A program made the position numbers and the translations under genes. This document shows positions 26,224 to 31,766 of a stretch of 31,766 nt of DNA, in pieces (position 1 is the first letter of the stretch; every line of letters begins with the position of its first letter). Origin of the DNA: Gemmatimonadota bacterium (GTDB lineage Bacteria > Gemmatimonadota > Gemmatimonadetes > Gemmatimonadales > GWC2-71-9); assembly GCA_036679605.1 (NCBI GenBank), contig JAZDCZ010000433.1:1-31766 (forward strand), written 5' to 3'. Below the pieces are notes generated by a model. It was given only the letters and a program-made list of their open reading frames with translations. It searched no databases and was not told the DNA's origin.

Positions 26224-27300
26224 ATGGGCGAATTCAGATTTCACCGCCTAGAGCGATGGAAGCAGGGAGGCTCCAGAGACCGAATGGAGTTGGGGATTCC
26301 ACTGCCGATCTCTAGCGGCGGCCTGGTCCTCCGCTGGTGCCCGAATGAAGAGTGCCAACCGCGCAGGTTTCAATTGGGTGACGTCGCCGAGGGAGTGGAG
26401 GTGCCGGGATACGATGGCGCCGTTCAGCGCCGAAATCCGGGGGAACAGGTCTGTACGTGCCCATATTGCGGACTAGACAAAGAGGATGATGCCTTCATCG
26501 CACCCGAGGATGTCCAAGCGGCGATGGACAAGGTAATGTGGGCCGTCGAGGAGGATGTTGGCCAGTGGCTAGGTGATTTGACCAAGGACTTCAACCGCAG
26601 CGTGAATCGGGGAGGGAGCAACTTCCTCAAGATCGAAATGACCAGCTTCCACCGGCCGACCCCTGAACCCCGCGCTTGGCGAGAGGATCTTCTTCGCGTC
26701 CTCGAATGTCATAGGTGCGCACGTCGTTATGGGGTATACGCGATCGGGTTTTTCTGTCCCGATTGCGGAGCGGCCAACCTCGCGAGGCACTTCGAGAGAG
26801 AGGCCGCTCTTATCGTCGGTCAGATCGATCTTGCCGAGCAGATCGCGGAACAGGGACAGCGAGAGCTCGCATTTCGCATTCTGGGAAACGCTCATGAGGA
26901 TGTGGTCACGGGGTTCGAGACTTACTTGAAGAGCACGTTTCGTCTGGTGCTTCGCACGCGCCCAGGGGCATCGGATCTCTTCCAGAAGAAGGAACTCAGG
27001 GGAAACCCGTTTCAGAGTCTCGCGCGCGCATCCGGACTCTTCGCCAGGCTCAACGTTCCTCTCTTCGACGCCGTCGATGCGGAGGGCCTCGAGCAACTGC
27101 GTAAGGAATTTGAGAAGCGTCATGTCGTAGGACACAACCTTGGCCTCGCCGATGAGAAGTACGCCGAGGTGGCCGCCGATGTCGAGGTCGGAGAGACGGT
27201 CCCCCTCCTCGGAAGTGAGATAGAGGAGTTCGCTCGGACCTGTGTCACCGTGCTTGAAACGCTGGAGCAGGAGGTGCCGGAGCTACATCCAACGCCGTAA
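26224..27300 (+). CDS. Cassette D4: Zn-finger protein with HEPN-like C-terminus
   Basis: CPNEEC, CPYC, CHRC and CPDC; VTGFETYLK; RxxxxH motif RHVVGHN. Confidence 0.7.
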   Translation: MGEFRFHRLERWKQGGSRDRMELGIPLPISSGGLVLRWCPNEECQPRRFQLGDVAEGVEVPGYDGAVQRRNPGEQVCTCPYCGLDKEDDAFIAPEDVQAAMDKVMWAVEEDVGQWLGDLTKDFNRSVNRGGSNFLKIEMTSFHRPTPEPRAWREDLLRVLECHRCARRYGVYAIGFFCPDCGAANLARHFEREAALIVGQIDLAEQIAEQGQRELAFRILGNAHEDVVTGFETYLKSTFRLVLRTRPGASDLFQKKELRGNPFQSLARASGLFARLNVPLFDAVDAEGLEQLRKEFEKRHVVGHNLGLADEKYAEVAADVEVGETVPLLGSEIEEFARTCVTVLETLEQEVPELHPTP

Positions 27301-27310
27301 CAGCTACTCC

Positions 27311-27462
27311 GCTTAACACTGGGCCTCCGGCTCGGGCCGCCATAGGCGACCCTCGACCCAACCGGCCGTGACGGGACGGTGCAGTCGAGCGGAAGTGATA
27401 GATCAACCGAAGTGAAGTGAACGAACGAAGGTGGGCCGGTTCGGAGGCCCTAAACGTTATGT
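27311..27462 (+). repeat. attC-like site D4 (long family)
   Basis: GCTTAAC-ACT-GGGCCTCCG...CGGAGGCCC-TAAAC-GTTATGT. Confidence 0.9.
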
Positions 27463-27503
27463 GCAATGGCTTGGACGCGCTGATATGAGAATTCAGTATC
27501 GGA

Positions 27504-27533
27504 TTGACCAAGTGTAGCCAGATGGCTACACTT
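27504..27533 (+). promoter_or_regulatory. TA promoter with overlapping operator
   Basis: TTGACC-17 nt-TACACT; perfect palindrome AAGTGTAGCCA-GA-TGGCTACACTT. ATG lies 5 nt after the -10 box, so the transcript is probably leaderless. Confidence 0.8.
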
Positions 27534-27537
27534 GAGT

Positions 27538-27827
27538 ATGATCGAGATCCGCAAGACTGAGTTCTTCGCGCGGTGGCTCGACGACCTCCGTGTCTCACGT
27601 ACGTTGGCAGAGAGGGGATTGAGCGGCTCGCCGCTGGCAATCCAGGGGATGTCAGGCCCGTTAGTGAGGGTGTCTCGGAGCTACGAATCGATTACGGACC
27701 CGGATACCGAGTCTATTTCAAACGGTATGGGCGGGAGTTGATCATTCTGCTTGTGGGAGGGGACAAGAGTTCGCAGACCAAGGACATCAAGGCTGCACTC
27801 CGCCTCGCTCGCAGTCTCTCGGAGTAA
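27538..27827 (+). pseudogene. Cassette D5: RelE/HigB-like addiction-module killer, frameshifted by an IS-end remnant
   Basis: MIEIRKTEFFARWLDDLR in one frame and IERLAAGNPGDVRPVSEGVSELRIDYGPGYRVYF...GGDKSSQ in another, joined by foreign sequence at about 27592-27616. Confidence 0.8.
27586..27616 (-). repeat. Solo IS terminal-repeat remnant inside the toxin gene
   Basis: Inverted copy of 7249-7279 (30/31). Confidence 0.65.
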
Positions 27828-28480
27828 TGAGCATGAGAACGACCACGACGACCCGATACGACGTTGCTGAACATCTCAGGACGCCCGAGGAAATGGCTGC
27901 GTACCTAGAGGCATGCCTCGAAGAAGCGGATGGAGACGCGGCATTTGTGGCAAAAGGCCTTGGAGACATTGCTAGGGCAAAAGGAATGACTCAGGTGGCA
28001 CGAGATGCTGGACTGTCTCGAGAGAGCCTGTACAAGGCTTTGTCCGGCGAGCGCAGCCCGGGCTTCGACACAATCCTAAAGGTTGTGCGCGCCCTTGGAC
28101 TCAAGCTACACGCCGCGCAATGGTCAGGTGGTAGAGGGATGGATTCTGCCCCGACGCGCTTGGGCGCGGAGGGGTCTTATCGAGCAGGACAACTAGGAGG
28201 AAGTATGGGAACGAAGAAAGTTGGCTATAACAAGTCTGGAATCGACAAGCTCCCAGACGACAAGCCCGTGCTGTACCGCATTAAGACCCAAAGTGGTAAT
28301 GACAACTATGTAGGCGTTGCGAAGCGAGGCCGAGTGCAAGATCGCATAACCGAACATCTGGGTGAGATCCCAGGAGCCAAGGTGTCGATCGAGCAGTTCA
28401 GCAGCATTGCTGACGCTAGGGCAAAGGAAGCAAATGTGATCAAGCGGCAGCAACCGAAATACAACAAGCAGGGCAAGTAG
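27827..28480 (+). CDS. Cassette D5: HTH addiction-module antidote reading in frame into a small GIY-YIG-like protein
   Basis: YDVAEHLRTPEEMAAYL...GMTQVARDAGLSRESLYKALSG; no stop before a second module with its own GGAGG and ATG at 28205 (PVLYRI...NYVGVAKR...EH...PKYN). Confidence 0.8.
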   Translation: MSMRTTTTTRYDVAEHLRTPEEMAAYLEACLEEADGDAAFVAKGLGDIARAKGMTQVARDAGLSRESLYKALSGERSPGFDTILKVVRALGLKLHAAQWSGGRGMDSAPTRLGAEGSYRAGQLGGSMGTKKVGYNKSGIDKLPDDKPVLYRIKTQSGNDNYVGVAKRGRVQDRITEHLGEIPGAKVSIEQFSSIADARAKEANVIKRQQPKYNKQGK

Positions 28481-28539
28481 CGGCGATCGACCGTAGCCAC
28501 CCGGCGGCGCTCACAACGGGGGCTGCCCGGGGCCACCGC

Positions 28540-28694
28540 ACATAACACTGGGCCTCCGGCTCGGGTCGCTTTCGGCGCCCCTCGACCCAACCGGCCCAAC
28601 GTGGTGGGCTTCGGTCGAACGAACGAGGCCTGAGATCTGAATGAGAACAGGGAAACGAAGCAGAGGGCCGGTTCGGAGGCCCTGATCGTTATCA
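28540..28694 (+). repeat. attC-like site D5 (long family)
   Basis: ACATAAC-ACT-GGGCCTCCG...CGGAGGCCC-TGATC-GTTATCA. Confidence 0.9.
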
Positions 28695-28730
28695 GAAGGC
28701 CCGCAGATCGAAGATCCGGTGGAGGATCGA

Positions 28731-29000
28731 CTACAAATGCGACAGGAGCTGGTCGTAATCGGAATGGGAGCCGATCCAGAACCAGACCCAGGTGTCTTCA
28801 TCGCGGATCGCGAGCGCGCGGTAGCCGAGAGAGACACGCGCAGAGAAGATGGATCGGGATGCGTGGACTTGCTTGAAGTTGAGGCCGGGATGAGACGGAT
28901 CTTCAGCGAACGTCGCGTAGGCCTGTCGAGCACGGACCTGGATGCGCTGTGGGAGGACCTTGAAGCACTTCCTAAAGGCGGAAGTGGTCGTAGACCTCAC
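28731..29000 (-). CDS. Cassette D6: RelE/ParE-like toxin (antisense orientation)
   Basis: DPSHPGLNFKQV...SARVSLGYRALA...WFWIGSHSDYD. Confidence 0.8.
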   Translation of the reverse strand: MRSTTTSAFRKCFKVLPQRIQVRARQAYATFAEDPSHPGLNFKQVHASRSIFSARVSLGYRALAIRDEDTWVWFWIGSHSDYDQLLSHL

Positions 29001-29215
29001 AGCTTGTCAGGATCGAGCTGCTTTGTGTCCCCGGCACGCTGTTCCGCCAGAGCGGCATCTGCCAACCCAGCTAGGTCGTCCTGGGACTCCGCTAGCGTGG
29101 CGTCCCACTTCTGCTCGGCCTTGATCTCCTCAAGGAGAGCGGAGGCGAGCGCGTCCTGCTCCGGCGCGGGGAGCTTCGAAGCCTGCTCAAAGGCTTTCTG
29201 AAGAAGTTCAGTCAT
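28997..29215 (-). CDS. Cassette D6: small acidic antitoxin candidate
   Basis: MTELLQKAFEQASKLPAPEQDALASALLEEI...WD; overlaps the toxin start by 4 bp. Confidence 0.75.
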   Translation of the reverse strand: MTELLQKAFEQASKLPAPEQDALASALLEEIKAEQKWDATLAESQDDLAGLADAALAEQRAGDTKQLDPDKL

Positions 29216-29327
29216 GTACGGAGTAGCCCCGAAGATTCTGAGTGATGTAGTTGATACCCGTGGGCTCGCGGATGGATTCATGATGGGCTGGATACAGACG
29301 ATGAAGCAAGCCTCACCGCAGGCCAAC

Positions 29328-29447
29328 TGATAACACGGGGCCTCCCGCTCGGGCCGCCACAGGCGGCCCATCGGGGCGGGTTTCGGTCGGCGAAGGTGTT
29401 TGAACGAACGAAACAGAGCGCCGGTTCGGAGTCCCTGAACGTTAACT
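29328..29447 (+). repeat. attC-like site D6 (long family variant, 120 bp)
   Basis: TGATAAC-ACG-GGGCCTCC...GGAGTCCC-TGAAC-GTTAACT. Confidence 0.85.
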
Positions 29448-29471
29448 GCAATACTCCCTCGTGGGTTAGCG

Positions 29472-29527
29472 TTGACCCCGAGCCGCCATCGTTTCCATAT
29501 TGGTAATCAGTGTTGCCAACATGGGAA
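29472..29527 (+). promoter_or_regulatory. higBA promoter with two operator palindromes
   Basis: TTGACC at 29472; TTTCCA-TAT-TGGTAA (29492-29506) and TTGCCA-ACA-TGGGAA (29513-29527). Confidence 0.55.
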
Positions 29528-29548
29528 CAAAGTGATTGAGGAGAGCGG

Positions 29549-29845
29549 TTGCGGATTATCTCCCGGAAAGCCCTGCGCGAGTTCGGTGAGAGGCACGCGG
29601 ATGCGAAGGAACCGCTCGACGCATGGTATCGGATACTGAAGGGGCGAGAGTATCAATCTCCGCATGAACTTCGAACGGACTTCCCGACGGCCAGCTTCCT
29701 GGGTGCTCGCCGAACGGTCTTCAACGTTGGCGGAAACAAGTACCGGTTGGTGGTCGACATTCGGTACGACCTCGGGCGAGTGTACGTACGAGATGTGTTG
29801 ACCCATGCGGAATACGACCGAAAGTCGATTGATGGTGCGCTATGA
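29549..29845 (+). CDS. higB: Cassette D7: HigB-family toxin
   Basis: MRIISRKALREF...VFNVGGNKYRLV...VLTHAEYD. Confidence 0.9.
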   Translation: MRIISRKALREFGERHADAKEPLDAWYRILKGREYQSPHELRTDFPTASFLGARRTVFNVGGNKYRLVVDIRYDLGRVYVRDVLTHAEYDRKSIDGAL

Positions 29846-29865
29846 CTGCGCGAGGAGGAACGATC

Positions 29866-30255
29866 ATGACCACAGCTCTCCTGGACTTCTCGAAGCCACA
29901 CGTCCTGAAGAACGACACGGAGTACGAAGCCGCGATCGCTGAAATCGAGCGCCTTCTGGATGAAGAGGTCGAGCCTGCGAGTGAGGGCTATGATCGACTC
30001 GAGTTCCTTTCCGTATTGGTCGAGCACTACGAGGAAGCCCAGTACCCGATGGGGACAGTCACGCCCCAACAGTCCGTGACGTTCATGCTTGAGCAGAAGG
30101 GACTGAATCGGTCCGACCTCGACGAGGTCATGGGTGGCAAGAGTCGCGTCTCAGACTTTCTCAATGGCAAGCGCGATCTCTCGAAGTCGCAGATTGCGGG
30201 ACTGAGGCGGATGCTCGGAATACCAGCAGATATTTTGCTCGGAATTGGGGAGTAG
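29866..30255 (+). CDS. higA: Cassette D7: HigA-family HTH antitoxin (alternative start 29842)
   Basis: EYEAAIAEIERL...LSVLVEHYE...KSRVSDFLNGKRDLS; GAGGAGG RBS. Confidence 0.88.
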   Translation: MTTALLDFSKPHVLKNDTEYEAAIAEIERLLDEEVEPASEGYDRLEFLSVLVEHYEEAQYPMGTVTPQQSVTFMLEQKGLNRSDLDEVMGGKSRVSDFLNGKRDLSKSQIAGLRRMLGIPADILLGIGE

Positions 30256-30276
30256 TTCGCCCATCGGTCGTACTGC

Positions 30277-30299
30277 ACTTAACAATGGGTCTCCGGCTC
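30277..30299 (+). repeat. Truncated attC-like site D7 (5' part only)
   Basis: ACTTAAC-AAT-GGGTCTCCGGCTC matches the long-family start and is complementary to the cassette start at 29441; the rest is missing. Confidence 0.75.
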
Positions 30300-30313
30300 T
30301 TAGCGCCCAACCA

Positions 30314-31513
30314 TCACCGTACCTCCCACACCTCGATGTACTCCTCGTCGAGGCGGGTGTGGAGGCGCACAGCCACACGGCCGTCCCGGATGTCCAACAC
30401 TTCGTTGAATCGCAGTATCCCCCAGAACTCCGTCGGCAACCAGACCCGTCCGTAGGGCATTCCAGTGGAGTCGAACACGACCCACAGTCTCCGCTTTTGA
30501 CCCGGGCGCTTTCCGCCTGCCACCCACACCCGACCCTGGTCGTCCATGGAGAGTGCGCCCAACGGTGGCACCGACGTCCTTACGGGGCCCGTACGCCACG
30601 CCTCGATGGCAAGTGGGGTGTCCATCGGGATCTTCGCCAGCAGGACTTCCCGGTACTCCTGGATCTCGTCGGGGGTCGCTGGGTCGGGGGCCGCAGTCCC
30701 CCAAAGAACCCACTCGAGGCGTCCGGCCAGGTCGAACTTCCGAACGTCGATTGCGTCCGTCGATCCGATCACCACGTGGCCGCCTCGTCCCGCCGCAACC
30801 GCCATTCTGGAGAACACGATCGGTACGAAGAGCCTTCCTTCGGGTACGGTCGCAAAAGCCCGCTCCGTCGAAGGCCAGAGGCCGAGTGTATCGAGGGATC
30901 CCGAACGCAGGATGCGAAGCAGGGGCGTGGTATCCCTCACCTCTCCGCTTGAGCCAAAGTGCCCGAACCTCCCGTGTACCGCCAGCACCGTGTCACGGGC
31001 GATGGTCAGCGGCTGGACACTAGATAGGGCATCTCGATTATCGAGCCGCTGCGAGTGCTCGAACTGAAGTTCGGGTCCGAGCCTCGTGAGGCGCCGTAGG
31101 GCCTGATCGTAGACCCAGACCCCGGCGGAATCGGCCTGTAGCCACTTCGGATCTATGTACTCGCCGGGGCCTTCGCCCGGGCGGCCGATCCTCCGAATCT
31201 CAGCTCCCTTTGAATCGAGGAGTACGAGCTCGGAGTTGCCTTCACTGGCCAGCAAGAGGGAGCCGTCGGCCAGGAAGGCGCCATCCCCGATACGGGACAG
31301 AACCGTCTCGTCTGGGTCGGTACGGAAGATCAACTTTGCCGTGAGCAACTGGGCCTGAACCTCCTCGAGCTTGCCGAAACTCACGACCCGAACTCCCGCC
31401 GAGTCAGTGAGCTCGACCTCGGAGAGGGGTTCGCTCCTGCCGTCAGCACCACCACAGGCCGCCGATACGCAGGAGACGAGTGCCAAGCCGAGTAGCGTGC
31501 GGTGCTTCACCAT
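30314..31513 (-). CDS. Lipoprotein, 6-bladed beta-propeller-like
   Basis: Lipobox SAAC; DSAGVRVV; IGRPGEGPGEY; DDQGRVWV; LDEEYIEVW. Confidence 0.8.
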   Translation of the reverse strand: MVKHRTLLGLALVSCVSAACGGADGRSEPLSEVELTDSAGVRVVSFGKLEEVQAQLLTAKLIFRTDPDETVLSRIGDGAFLADGSLLLASEGNSELVLLDSKGAEIRRIGRPGEGPGEYIDPKWLQADSAGVWVYDQALRRLTRLGPELQFEHSQRLDNRDALSSVQPLTIARDTVLAVHGRFGHFGSSGEVRDTTPLLRILRSGSLDTLGLWPSTERAFATVPEGRLFVPIVFSRMAVAAGRGGHVVIGSTDAIDVRKFDLAGRLEWVLWGTAAPDPATPDEIQEYREVLLAKIPMDTPLAIEAWRTGPVRTSVPPLGALSMDDQGRVWVAGGKRPGQKRRLWVVFDSTGMPYGRVWLPTEFWGILRFNEVLDIRDGRVAVRLHTRLDEEYIEVWEVR

Positions 31514-31653
31514 CTGGTTCGCGTCTCATCGAGGGGGCGGGCGGGCACATCCCAGTCGGCATGCCTTCGGCCCGACTTGGCCCAAGCTGTGCGCTTAAGA
31601 TGCAGTTCGCACCGGAGCAGCGCGAGCCGGTGCGGTACAGGGGTCACTGGATG

Positions 31654-31766
31654 TGTGTCACTTCATGTGTCGATTGGGCCGGTTTTTGTGTCGATTCAAA
31701 GCGGCAGATTCCGGCATGATCGGTAGGGAAGTACGGCAGATCGTGCGTCCTACCAAGGGTTTATCC
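31654..31766 (+). repeat. Junction J4 arm (113 bp, runs to window end)
   Basis: Identical to 22105-22217; the window stops where the J1 and J3 copies diverge. Confidence 0.95.

Larger units (their letters stand above)
22257..31766. mobile_element. Island D: integron-carrying island between J3 and J4
   Basis: Shared left arm, attI, 7 cassettes, a beta-propeller gene, then the arm repeat. Confidence 0.65.

Noticed and set aside
7249..27616. 20-kb composite transposon bounded by the inverted 31-mers
   Set aside because: The second copy has the same toxin gene on both sides, so it cannot be the edge of such an element; no target duplication is visible.
27590..27617. Group II intron domain V fragment
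   Set aside because: The similarity is superficial; the 5' GAGCCG strand is absent and the match to the IS end layout is better.
9368..30299. CRISPR array or REP elements
   Set aside because: The repeats are 94-155 bp, bounded by TAAC...GTT and separated by whole genes; this is cassette architecture. No cas genes are present.

Overview
GC-rich accessory region; the secreted and lipoprotein gene types suggest a Gemmatimonadota-like host (inference). The window opens in the right end of an IS3-family element that interrupts a large Rhs gene. The Rhs C-terminal tip looks like a circularly permuted M23 peptidase and is followed by a lipoprotein immunity candidate. From about 7.4 kb the region is a tandem array of 7-9.5 kb islands. 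They are separated by repeated junctions (about 7460, 15155, 22105, 31655) built from a 113-bp arm with TGTGTC(G/A)(A/C)T direct repeats, a damaged 3' half of tRNA-Pro, a terminator and a conserved downstream arm; the 15155 copy is partial and the last is cut by the window end. Two islands carry integron-like platforms: a truncated, divergently oriented gene with a HARP-like N-terminus, an attI-like site (8324, 22850) and cassette arrays of 4 and 7 cassettes. The attC-like sites fall into two families and have non-canonical geometry. Cassette cargo is mostly toxin-antitoxin modules and nuclease or HEPN defence candidates. No intact integrase, tRNA or CRISPR array is present. Protein family calls come from motif recognition by eye, not database searches.
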